Origin: Mizuhopecten yessoensis
Lineage: Eukaryota
Assembly (NCBI RefSeq): GCF_002113885.1
Contig: NW_018404940.1
Coordinates: 286,146-350,145 of the forward strand
Direction: 5' to 3'
DNA length: 64,000 nt
The stretch's first letter is position 1. Each line of letters opens with the position of its first letter. The position numbers and the translations under genes were made by a program. The notes below the pieces were generated by a model. That model saw only the letters and a list, made by a program, of their open reading frames with translations, did not search any database and was not told where the DNA came from. Positions 1 through 12,100 of the stretch are shown here, piece after piece.

Positions 1-205
1 AGTACGTGTAGACAGGTATTATAGTACGTGTAGACAGGTATTATAGTACGTGTAGACAGGTATTACAGTACATGTAGACAGGTATTATAGTACGTGTAGA
101 CTGGTATTATAGTACGTACATGTAGACAGGTATTATAGTACGTGTAGACAGGTATTATAGTACGTGTAAGAAGGTGGTACATTTAGACAGTTATTATAGT
201 ACGTG
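1..205. repeat. 22-bp tandem minisatellite (AGTACGTGTAGACAGGTATTAT)n, truncated by window start
   Basis: About 9 near-identical copies read directly, decaying after ~170. Confidence 0.95.
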
Positions 206-628
206 TTAAATGTATTATAAGGTATTAAATACATTTTACTTGATTTATCTGATTTTATCTAAATTAAAGATGATGAATTCTAAATGACGATGCACAATGA
301 GACAAACCTGTAAATCGTCTGATTTCAACCCATGCCTCGTTTACCGGCGTTATGCTCATTTTGATTTTTAAATGAAGCGTAAAAGTATTTAAATAATCTC
401 TTCATTCATTCTTCGTTCACCTGTTTTGTGCACTTTTCGCTATAGAAGAGCTGATGTATCCGCGGGCAATCTACCAGAGCGGGAAATCTGCAGATTTTAT
501 TTTTTAAAACGATATTTTGAGGTGTGCAGGCAATATAACGGAGCGAGCAACATATCGGAAATTACGGTAGTAGTCAGCTAAAGTATTGGCTTTAGGGATA
601 CATGACGTTTCTAGTCTCCAAAGACCTG

Positions 629-893
629 GGCCCGTATTCATCAAACCGTTATCGTGCTCAAGCATGGAGTCTGTGCTCAAACCAACTTTCTGGTTACTCG
701 CTTAGATCATGTCAAACAATCAAAAAAGTCAAATGTAAACATTGAAAACAGTATTTGGCTTTAAGTCTTTTTAATATTTTTCAAAATCATTGACAAAATA
801 AGATTTGTTTATTAAATTATAACCAGAACAAGAAATTAGGCTCGAGCACAAAATCCATACTTGAGCACGAGAACGGTTTCATGAATACGGGCC
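629..893. mobile_element. MITE, PIF/Harbinger-like
   Basis: Long imperfect TIRs: GGCCCGTATTCATCAAACCGTTATCGTGCTCAAGCATGGA ... TCCATACTTGAGCACGAGAACGGTTTCATGAATACGGGCC. Flanks CTG/CTA fit a 3-bp TSD with one mismatch. No coding capacity. Confidence 0.85.
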
Positions 894-1411
894 CTAGTGT
901 ATTTCCCAAGCCGAGAGAGATAGGCCTAGTCGATAGGAACCAGAAACTTGCTACACAGTATATTCCGTAGTCACCTACTTAAACTGTTTCATCATGCTGA
1001 AACATAACACACAGACATTTATATTAACTATATTCAAATCGCAATTTAGAAAGTTTTTAAATATCGTCTGCATTAATTTTGTTGTTTTAAGATACATCTG
1101 TAGTTGACAAATTGGTGGGTTCAAGTCATTACGAGCTTCGTTCACCTTTAACTTGGTTGATTAGACCGTAGACGCAGATGGGAGTAGTTTGTCTTGAAAA
1201 GACAACACGTGAATATTTTCCGAATACTGTTACAAACCAAAACCTGTCGACATTTCCCTGCTGTCATTTCAATGTTGTTTTTATATACTTGTCCACACCT
1301 CTAAAAATAGACCTGAACGAGGGGAACTGAAATTAATATCACGAAATTCCGACCTTGAACTGTACCAATATGCCACTGTTAACTTTAGAAACATCTTCAA
1401 TGAGTGGTTAC

Positions 1412-1607
1412 ACTCGGATAGTAGCTCCGCCCACCAATCACCAAACTCGGATAGTAGCTCCGCCCTCTTATCGCCAAACTCGGATAGTAGCTCCGCCCTC
1501 CAATCACCAAACTCGGATAGTAGCTCCGCCCACCAATCACCAAACTTGGATAGTAGCTCCGCCCTCCAATCACCAAACTCGGATAGTAGCTCCGCCCTCC
1601 AATCACC
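1412..1607. repeat. 33-bp tandem repeat x6, each unit with a GC-box and usually a CCAAT-box
   Basis: Unit AACTCGGATAGTAGCTCCGCCC(T/A)CCAATCACCA. It explains the 11-aa periodic ORFs at 1281-1633. Confidence 0.95.
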
Positions 1608-4534
1608 TAATTGGCTCAGTCCATGTAGCATGATGATTTTAAGTGGGTGTGGTTATTTGCGTTTGGTCTATGTGTAATGTTTTGATTGGTTCTTCATTTA
1701 GGGAAGTGTTAATGACGTTATAGCCAGGTAAAGCATCTTTTTATCCGGGACATATCACCTTTCTTTTGTAATACTTTTATGTGGGCAAACAATGATGTTG
1801 TGTACTCGCATTAAACAATTGCAGTAGTGTTAAGTGTACAGTATATACTATGTACTCTTACTATCGACCAACTGCTCATTGCTTACGAGGAATATAATAA
1901 AGCTGATAACCCAAACATGCTGACGGGTTGTCAAACTTGACAACATTGCGGGAAACCTTGTAATGATTTTTTTTATCATGACGTCACCAAAAAACAAATA
2001 ACCACAGGGCAAGACCGTTCCATTATTTATCTGTGTCTACCCTTAAGCTTTTGGATAATCGGGGACACGGTCAATATTCTGATTGTCTTAGAAAAAAAAT
2101 GAGCCGATTCTGCACTGGTTTTGCAAGGAGCCAAAGTCGAATTCCTAAGACTGCGCAAGCGCCGAGTTGTCGAAGTATGTCTGTACCATGTTGAAAACGA
2201 CACACATAACTTACCTCCGTAAACAGCTTTCCAGACCATGTTCGGTGTCAGTTTTATTTGTAACATTACAGCACAAGCTGTGAAATACTGTTTGGTCTCT
2301 TCTTTATGATAATGACGACAGGTGTACTGTTTAAGCCTGCTGTTCTCTTGGTGATGTCTATGTTTGTGTGAATCTCCTTCAAAGGGAGGCCCCTTACAAC
2401 TGAAGTGATATCATGTGATAATGGTTGTCTCTTTAGTTAGCACTGAAAACATTACTAATCCGTAATTATCTGACTACTTAATTGACCTCATGTGTTTTGC
2501 CGTTATTTCTCCATATTTTTAAAAGCAACATTTTTTTTTTTTAAAGGACCAGAGTATCCTAACTCTGTCCGAATAACCCCCATTCCCCCGACCGTCAGCC
2601 CCACCAACTCAACCACCTTCAAAAAGAAATGGCTGTACCTAATGATTGTATTGGTTAACAATTCTTCTCCCGGAGTTAATCATATTGATGCTTTTCATAT
2701 GACTTTACTCTGACCTCCAAATACATATAATATCAATACCAGATAACCTGTATTTCCGGCCCTTGTGGGATGTACGGAATCGGAAACATACCCTCTGGCA
2801 TATATAACGGGGACATACAGGCACCTTGATGTTCCAACAAACTTATAGCTTAGCTAAGTCATTTACATGTATTGTACATTTATGTGTACTGTGTTTATTG
2901 TCTGCTTTCCCGTTTGACATTTGTTGTAGACGTATTTCCCCCGATATGATAAATAACACGAGTATCTGTTAATCTATTTCTACCTGAGTTATATATACAC
3001 ATGATATCAGTATTGTTTCGCCCGCGGTGTTGTTATGTCGGCAACCGGAAACACGAGGTACAAACTAAATACCGACCATTGGTGAAATGCCGTATATGTT
3101 TTTGTGTTTTGGTCGGAACGTATTCCCGATATTCAGAATAAATGTGATTTTTGCACGTGTAAAATACATCAGGCAGAATATATTAAATGTTGTGAAATGT
3201 ATTAAATACACACGAATATGTCGTGACGTAACGATCAAGCCGGCGGCATGATAAGGGAAGGAATTCATGGCTGAAAACACCACTAGAATCAAAAACAAAT
3301 ATATTTAAAAAAAAACACATGGACGTGCTAAGCCAAAAGCAGCGGTTTATGAAGAGAGCATTGACCAGTTTTTGTGAACTGAAGAAATGGTAAATATATA
3401 TTGCGCAATGAGTGAAAATGAATTTGTAATAGCATGCTGCCAAAATGCAATAAGTTGTCGGCAACGTTTACGCATAACCGGAAGTCGTTAACACAACCCT
3501 TAACAAACGCGTTCAGTGCTAAATGTCACGAGGTGTGGTCCACATCGATGACAAGCGCATAGAGAAGGTCTACTTTGTATTTATCCGTAGCTTCCAGAAA
3601 ATGTGAATCCCTAAAATGACAGCTATCACGCATCTATGGGAACGGAAACCTATGTGTGATGTCAGAGATCGTTCCGTGTTAAATAAGTCAAATAAACCCG
3701 GAATTGCAAACAAGATTGCAGTAATGAACGTTTTCGAAGACCAAAAACATGAAACATGAGTTAACAATACCTTAAGGTTGGGATGGCCGATGCCATTACA
3801 TCTGTTACATATTCTCGTCGTTAGACTCGCTCACAAGTGTCGTTATGCTAAGTCGACCAGCACCATCTGTGATCAGGATAATCACCTTAGGTTATTATGG
3901 TTCTATTGCCAAGGTCGTCGGGAGCATGTGTATTTTACCCACAAAACGATACAATAGGCTTTCCATGCTATATAAGGGTATTTATCAACCAAATAAGCCC
4001 TATATACTATAAAGGATATACTGCGCTTCAATCCGATATGTATTGGAACTTTTTTCTTTCAATGGTAGCAATACTATCCCAAGTCCTATTTGATGTTGTA
4101 TAAACAGACGTAATAAGGGTTAGTACTGTACAAAGCAAGCTCCATTCCGTCGTACTGAGTAAAGAAGTATTCTGTGACCGGATTGCCGGAGTATTTACCT
4201 ATCACTGACCACATGTCTACTGCCAAATCTGATTACTTGTTTATAAGTATAAGTATATATATTTTTTATCTCAGTAATCACATTCGCAAACAACCAATAT
4301 TTATAATAGCTCGAAACATCAGTACCCTTAGCCAATAAGAAATATTATAAGTATTTATATAAATAAATAATGTCGGTTGGCACTATGTATACGACTTATA
4401 AGGCATGTTAAGGTATGTTACCATATATTTTACTGTTTTAACATATGACTTGAAATTGTTTTACATCTTGTATTTTGTATACAAATATGTCACATTGCCA
4501 CAGAGTCAAAGAGACAATAGCAGAGTTTACTCAT

Positions 4535-4890
4535 CCACTCTATCGTCCTCTCTGTTCTCGCCCTGCCCGTCTCCCGTCCTGCCTTCCCTATCTCCCTCTC
4601 CTGTTCTCCACACTCCTCTCCTGCATTGTCGCCACTGCCATGCGTTTCCGGTCTTCCTCTCGCCCTGCTCCTTTCCTGCCTATCACCTTCCGCTCCCGAC
4701 CTGCCCGTTTCACCTCATCCTTCCCCGTCTTCCTCTCCTGTCCTCCACCCTCTCCTCTCCTCTCCTCTCTCTGTTCTCGCCCTATACGTCTCACCTCCTG
4801 CCTTCCCAATCCTCCTCGTTTGTTCTCCACGCTCCACCTGCCTTGTCGCCCATTTCCTGCCTTTCCTGGCTTCATGTTCCTCTGCTCCCA
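4535..4890. repeat. Polypyrimidine (C/T-rich) low-complexity tract with a degenerate internal duplication
   Basis: Strong strand asymmetry. TCTGTTCTCGCCCT...CCTGCCTTCCC...TGTTCTCCAC occurs at ~4551 and ~4770. Confidence 0.85.
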
Positions 4891-4988
4891 ACGTCATGTC
4901 ATTATTTTCCATTTTAGGAAGATCAGATACATGTTTCATCGGACATTTGAAACAGAGTTTTGCATATATTGGTATTAACAAGTATGTT

Positions 4989-4991
<3 letters not shown>

Positions 4992-5021
<30 letters not shown>
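4992..5021. repeat. (TA)15 microsatellite
   Basis: Direct reading. Confidence 0.97.
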
Positions 5022-5023
<2 letters not shown>

Positions 5024-5843
5024 ATTATTTTACACCGCGCTTTGCATAGTTTAACTTACATGCATATTTACCATTAATGTTTTCGGATTCATCAAAGAGT
5101 GTACCATTACGTGTTCATATTTATATTCATTTCCCACTGTCATATCATGTCAGTCATGCTCAAAGGGAAACTTTTGGAGTTTTATAAATTTTCCATCATC
5201 TGTTTTTTTTATTTTATTCAAATACAAAACTGAGTATCAGAACACAGATAGTGACTAAGGTCAAACACCGACAAGGCAGTGCTGACGATTGCAACAACAC
5301 GAAATACGGTCAGCTTGGGCGGTGTAGTGGAAAACATCTGCAAGTCCCAAATATGGAACCCAAACAGTTTATTATTACTGGCCATTGTGCTTGCTGGCAG
5401 TCAGATTCAGAAAACAATGTGTTACTTTTTATCAGAATTCAAACTTGATTTTAGAGGAGGTTGATATTGTTAATGTAAGCTTACTGAAATACAGCAACTA
5501 TTTGTAATCCTGGCCAAACCGGTGTGGATCCTGGCCATGTTGGTGTGTTGCTAGGATGCACAGGGTGTCCCTATTGTTCTATATTTAAACCTCGTCAAAA
5601 GAACAAATGAGCGATTAATTTACCGATAAGGTATTGAAATAAACTCACATCAAAGTAAACGTAGTTAGTCAGACACCAAACGTATATTATATTTAGACCT
5701 CATTCTTATTTCTGTCTTGTGGTGTTCAAATCGCAATTCAGAACCTCTAAAGAGATACATCTTTTCTATTTGCTAGAATATTTTCATTCGTCAAAAGTTT
5801 TTAACAAATGTTTATATTGCTTTGTAGACTTTGAATCATCATC

Positions 5844-6105
5844 ATGACGTCAACAGACGGTCGAGAAAATTATAAATTGGAACAAGAACATTTGACTAAT
5901 AATCATCGTGATCATGGTTGTTGTCCTGATGCCATCTCCTCGGACACATCCGGGTCCTCCACGGAAAGCGACAATCCCAAAAAGGAGCTACACCAGAGGG
6001 AAGTTTGGACCCGAAAAATCGACTTTCTCTTGGCTTGTGTTGGATTTTCCGTTGGTCTTGGGAATGTGTGGAGATTTCCTTTTCTTTGTTATAAAAACGG
6101 CGGAG
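5844..6105 (+). CDS. SLC6 coding exon 1 (N-terminus, TM1)
   Basis: ATG at 5844 preceded by acceptor TTTGTAG| at 5827, so an upstream non-coding exon probably exists. Ends NGG G|GTAAGT, phase 1. Confidence 0.93.
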
Positions 6106-9100
6106 GTAAGTTAAATATGTTAACGAAGTAACCATTTAAGTATTAACGTGACTTCTTGGCATTGCTTTCTTAACATGTATAAGACCGATTTGTCTAGTTT
6201 GCATCCATTACAGTTTACACAAACCAATGTGGAATACTAACCCATAAATCGAGTTAACAAAAACCGACAGACAGCTTGATTACTAGTATACATGTAGTCC
6301 AATGACTACATTTTACTGTACAGACGTATCAGGAAAAATTCAAGATTTATTGATTTCTCGATCCGAGAATCAAATTTAGGTTGAGTATGTCCTGTCGACA
6401 GCTAACACACTGCTTTGGAAGTTTGCGATAAAACTTATTATCGTAAGGTATTAAACATTATCCTTTGTCAAGTAAATATGACCACTTTACACACACAAAA
6501 AAAGTTTATACATCTACATGCCAAGGTGCGGCTTACACAACATGTCGCTACTGTATTATTGGTTCTGGTAAGTTTGACAAAATGATTATATAGCTTCAAC
6601 AAATATGGACACAATTTACCACAATGTAAACATACAAATAGCAACACGAAAGGATAGTGATCCTAGCTCATTGTCGATGAAAAAAGACAACAACCACGGG
6701 ACCTGATGAGAAAACAAAAAATAAAGTTAAAGGCATCTAAAATGGTTTCAAAATAACTGGTTGACTAGTTCATGTCTTGCGACCGATCTGTACCAACAGT
6801 GCAATACAAAGCATAGTAAATAAACAATAGATTCTTTAACATTGAGTTTACCTGAAGTTTGGCAATGATAACATTTTAGTGATTTACAACTTACATCATC
6901 TAGTGTAGTGGAATTTAACCTAGTGAAAAGCATCTGCTACTAACAGTACAACACTACACACATTACAAACTCGGGATTTTCTGTCATTATAATCTCATTA
7001 GCGCATGCCTTTCATATCAAGAAAAGATATATACATATATATAACATTATTTCATCTCGATATAAAATATCGATATTAAAGGCAACATCTGGCTTAAAGA
7101 TAAGTACACACTGGACTTGTAAATATTTTGTTTTAAATCAACCAATGGGTAAGACTGTTAACAAAGTAACATGTAATTGACGGATCGAATACATGTACTG
7201 TGTAATTTACGTCGGGCCCAAATTTCGTGATACAGAGACAAAACACCATTTCGTTGGTACATGAATTCGTGGAATGCGAATACCCATTCAAACAGCGAAT
7301 TGCTTCATAGCAAAAATACTAAAAAAAAAAATCTACGGTAAATGTTTACGTTGAAGATGCCATTTTTAAGATCGTAGACGAAGTACAAATTGTGTCCACG
7401 TTTTATTAGACTTGACAAAGTAAATTATGGCAATAATTCTAAGTAATGTCTAATAGTTTGTTCCCCGTCACTAACAATCAAGAAACCAAACTGCTCGACT
7501 TAAAATGTATGTCAGAATTAAGCAATCAGTCTTTTCTATTTAGTACCATTCGCTTTATATTGACAGTACTGTAGAATACATATCGCCTTTGATTGATGCT
7601 ACTACGTTTGTTCACAAGACTTAATAACATCATCAAGTAAGACCTTTTGGATATATTCAGATTTATTAATACTCTTGGAGAGATACGATCCACTATTTTT
7701 TCAGACAAGTTATTAAACAGTATTTTGTTTTCACTTGATCTCTCCTATTTTCCAATACCAACTGTCATCCGTAAACTAGTTTCCTCCTTGTCTTAAAAGT
7801 ATATGAGAGCATATCTCTCAATGATATGTTTTCGATGTAAGTAACTTCTACTTTGAAATCATCAAAACTAACGTATACTCGAGTCATAGACACTGTCGTG
7901 GTCAGGGTAGCGCTGATTTTGTGGACACACACGTAGGCTTGTCTGGGGTATCGTCTGTCGGTTATCTATAGCGTCAAACTGCAATTACTTTACGTAACAA
8001 CCATTTCTTCCATATCTCCAGTTTTTGTTTGTACCCATTAGGTTTATAATCACCTATTAGCTCACTGCGTCCTATCCCCTAAGTCAGATTGTATGCCTGA
8101 ATAAGAATACGTCTAGGATATTAACCTCAGTTGAGCGAGTTAACCAGTCAACCGGATTCCTCTTTGATGCGTTTCCTGTTTTAAGCCCCATTTTAGAGCA
8201 TCAAATTGTCTAGTAAAATAGCACATCCAAGAATGCTCTGGTGCCAAGAACATGTCAGAATGGAACGGATGAGCTCTTTGATCTCGCCGCAGAATGTTTG
8301 TTCGTCATTGGCGCTTATCCGTCATTTGCCTGCCAACCGACGCCGACTATTTATACAAATTAGATAAACACCCAATGTCAGAAACGTATTTGAGTTCTAC
8401 AGTAGCTAAACATAGACCTTACTCCTAGTCTGCGCGTGTTTTGATAACATTTATGTGTGTTTATTATAGGATTTTTTTACGGAAAAATAATTCTATAACA
8501 GATGTGAATCCAAGCAGACGGTAAATCCCACTGATTGAGATGCTTGATTTCGTAATTCATACCTAAAAGAAATGTGGTTCCAAACATCTGGGGGTTTGTG
8601 AAGATGTTTTCCCTCTCTAATACTCTATGAAATATAAAATATACGACTGTTGAAAATTTATTCTGGAAAATCGGACATTCTTCAAGGGATTCAAAACTTT
8701 CCGAGTTGTAATCCTCTACATTACGTACTACGGCTGTTGATATTTTAAGTCAAGAATCTGTCAAATGTTTCGAAACTCACGCAACACATCCGCAAACAGT
8801 TATTGCCTCTAAAGCTATCGTTATCTATAAGTGGAGATTAAAGTGCAGGCGTGCTGTTGCGAGTGTCTAGCAAAGCTTTTACGATTAGTCTTGATTTGTG
8901 TCGTGTGTTTTGTGTTGGCCTGTAATCCGCCTCCAGGTAACAGGAATCAGGAAACAGTCTTGATTTAAGTCCAAATTATTTTAGAAATCAGTTCAAGTGT
9001 AGTGAAATTATTCAAAATAAGGGAAAATGTCGATATCGAAGTTGAAGAAATGTAGATAATGAGTTCTCCCTGTGTCAGAACAGTTACCGAGAATAGAATA

Positions 9101-12100
9101 AAAATAGTGATAACGACATGGCCTGAAATGACTAATTTATCATTAGCCGAGACAAATCTTACTGTTAATATAAATATCCCACCTGATAAATTAACATTAT
9201 AATGCCCTTAAGTTATTTCTTTTAAATAATGTTGATGGGGTAATAGGGAAAATTGGCATTTCAGATTTACGATATTTCTTTGTACAACAATAAATATCCT
9301 TGCTTTGTCTGGAAAGTAAATAAAATGTCTGCCCTGTGTTTGTCCTTAAATGAGGCCATTTCAAGTTCGATCTTCCTTCTCCCAGGAAGTTGGCGTCCCC
9401 GTAGCTTGATTTACCAATATTATGTTGGCTCACTATATGATGTTGCCTGATGTATCTCGTGACGATACATCCATTAAAAGTAGCCGAAAAATAACTTGCC
9501 ACGTGACATCGTATGGCGATATTTCCCCACACAAAGCACTGGAGTATTATCTTTAGAGCAAGGCAATGGCTTCTTATTTTGTAAATGCCACAGAAAATCG
9601 ATAAGATCGTCGTCTGCTAAAATGTCGGATTTTGTCTAGAACTGATATTCCGCTATGCTGGAATTGATAAGCTAATTCGTTTTTATCACTAACACAAATA
9701 CAAATTTTCATTAACTAATTAAACTAAACATTTGTCGAAATTTGAAAGCTAACTGTGTGTTGATAGAGGCATAAAGTCGATGGAATAGTACTGCTTGTGC
9801 TTTGGTATTGTATCGATGACCCTGGAGGAGTGTCGGGCTGGCCTAATGTCGGCACAGCACGACTAACCACAGCTGGCCTCTAGTTAGTCGTCAAACATGC
9901 CAACACACAGTCAACATAGAATTGAAAACGTTTGTCAGAGGAATAGGCGGTGTGCCAAAAACCTCTAAAAAGTAATCCCAACATGTGTTCCATACAGTGT
10001 GTTGCCTTGTAAATATTATATGACAAGTATGTTCAAACCAAAAAGACCTCTTGTATTATTTCTGCTCAGCACAAAGGTCACTCTGGGTAAACAACTCATT
10101 ATTATACTCAAAAACGTGAATGGTTACGCATCAACACTGTTCACTGTAATGCTATCTGCAGAAAATCAAACTAGTAGGTCATGCTGTTCAGTGTTTTATT
10201 GCATTTTTATAATAACACAAGTTATTTCATGGCAATTCCTAGAAAAACAGACAAGAACTATACAAATGCAGGTATTCAGAACCAGCGAGCTAGACTATTC
10301 TTCTGTTTTTGCGACAGTTTTAAATATTTGAAACACTGATAACTGCTCAGTATATAATGACAGATGAGTATCTACTTTTTAAAAACATGTTTACAAAGTC
10401 TGATACTCCAATTAACATTGGTTATGTGTCCTGTTGCCAGCCCTGGCTCTTGTTCAGATAAACACTTTTTTCGGAAAGCTTTTTCAAATTAAAATATCAG
10501 TACTATCGATCCACATCTATGTATGTTTGAACGGTCATTACAGATAAGAAATAATATCTGAACATTTGATTCTGGCATGCTAATATCTTACTTTTATTTT
10601 CTGTTATCATCCTACTAGGCTAGGTGGTATAATGTTAAACAAAACTTTTAGTAGGCATCATACATATTATCAGGTTATAAACTTAACGCTCTCCAACTGA
10701 ATACCTTACTTATGTTAGAGTATGGCATACTACTGACGTTTTTGTACGCGTGCAGACATGAATGAAAATATTTGTAGTTTCTTCCATACTATTTGACTCA
10801 ACGGGGAACTATTAAATTTTCTGTTTATTACAATCTTAAGATAAAAGGAAGAGAAATATGGTTGCATCGAAAACGTGTCGAAATAAGTAGGGTACTATTT
10901 GATGTCGGGTTCTAATGACGTCATCCTTACAAGCGGGCTTTTCGCCATTTTGAATGGGTTGCTGAACACAATTATACCGTTTGCTGCTACACTCTGGTAA
11001 GATGCCCTAATAAAATGCTAAATCAATTGCATCAATTAAGAAATTTTTAGTTTGTTTGGAATGATGTACCAGCCAACCACTGTTTATGTCGCTTCATCTG
11101 TCTTTGGATATACATGTAGGTGCAGTGACAAGAAAGTACCTTTCTGATTGATCATTACTAAAGGTTCCTCGTTATTTGTTAATATTTTCACTTTTGTGAA
11201 CATATCTTCACTGCAGTTAATGTAGTGGTATTGTCATACCTCTATCAACAAAACAGTTTAGTCATCGTATTTCTTTGGTAATGCAATGGTCATAATTCAA
11301 TTAAAGCAAATCTACATAACTTAAAAAAGAAATATCAATTAACATTTTGATAATTTGTGATATTTCACTGTTAAAAACATTATATGAAACAACGATGCAA
11401 TCATCATCGGTAATTCGACTATTAACGCTTAGTTTTTACCCAAATCATTGACACCTACCCTTCAAAAGTTTATTAATCTTCAAACAAGCAGTTTTTTGTT
11501 TCTCATATAATACATGATGAGCAGTGAGTGAACAACGAAACAATTTATTATCCTAAAGAAAGAATTACATAACCACCAGGAGGACGTAGTCATGCAGTAG
11601 GCTCCATTGAGATAACCATCCATTAAGATAGGGGAGTACATTACGGTGTGAACAACAACAGAAACGTGCGGGATGTGACCCGAGGTGTGCTGGTGTTTAC
11701 TAGCATCTCACATGATACTTCATTGATCATCATTGCTAGCAGCTGTGGGGGAGCCTAATGTATTCCAGGGATATCGGATTATACTTCTAGACGCACATAC
11801 TTTCGTGTAATATTCATCGGATAAATATTCATAAATGTGTGTGTGAAAAATTGTTTATAGAATACAAGATAAATACAATAAAACAAGCTGAATGTGAACT
11901 TACTGTAACGATTCTACCTTTCTTAGCCCCCTTTAAAGTCACCCCCAATTACTCACCTGAACTTAATATGTGATAGCGTGCGGAGGGAGGGAGGTAAATT
12001 ACCTGTGACGTTGGATTCCCAGCCTACCAAGAACCATCGCCATGCACGTCAACCGTCCAGCAGCTGTCTCAGTATTGTTGTGTATGCTGTAGTGTGTAAC

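Noticed and set aside
1281-1633. ORFs with 11-aa repeats
   Set aside because: Translation of the 33-bp minisatellite in three frames; no splice or domain support.
4405-5054. Five overlapping Pro/Ser- or Arg/Gly-rich ORFs
   Set aside because: A polypyrimidine tract lacks stop codons by composition.
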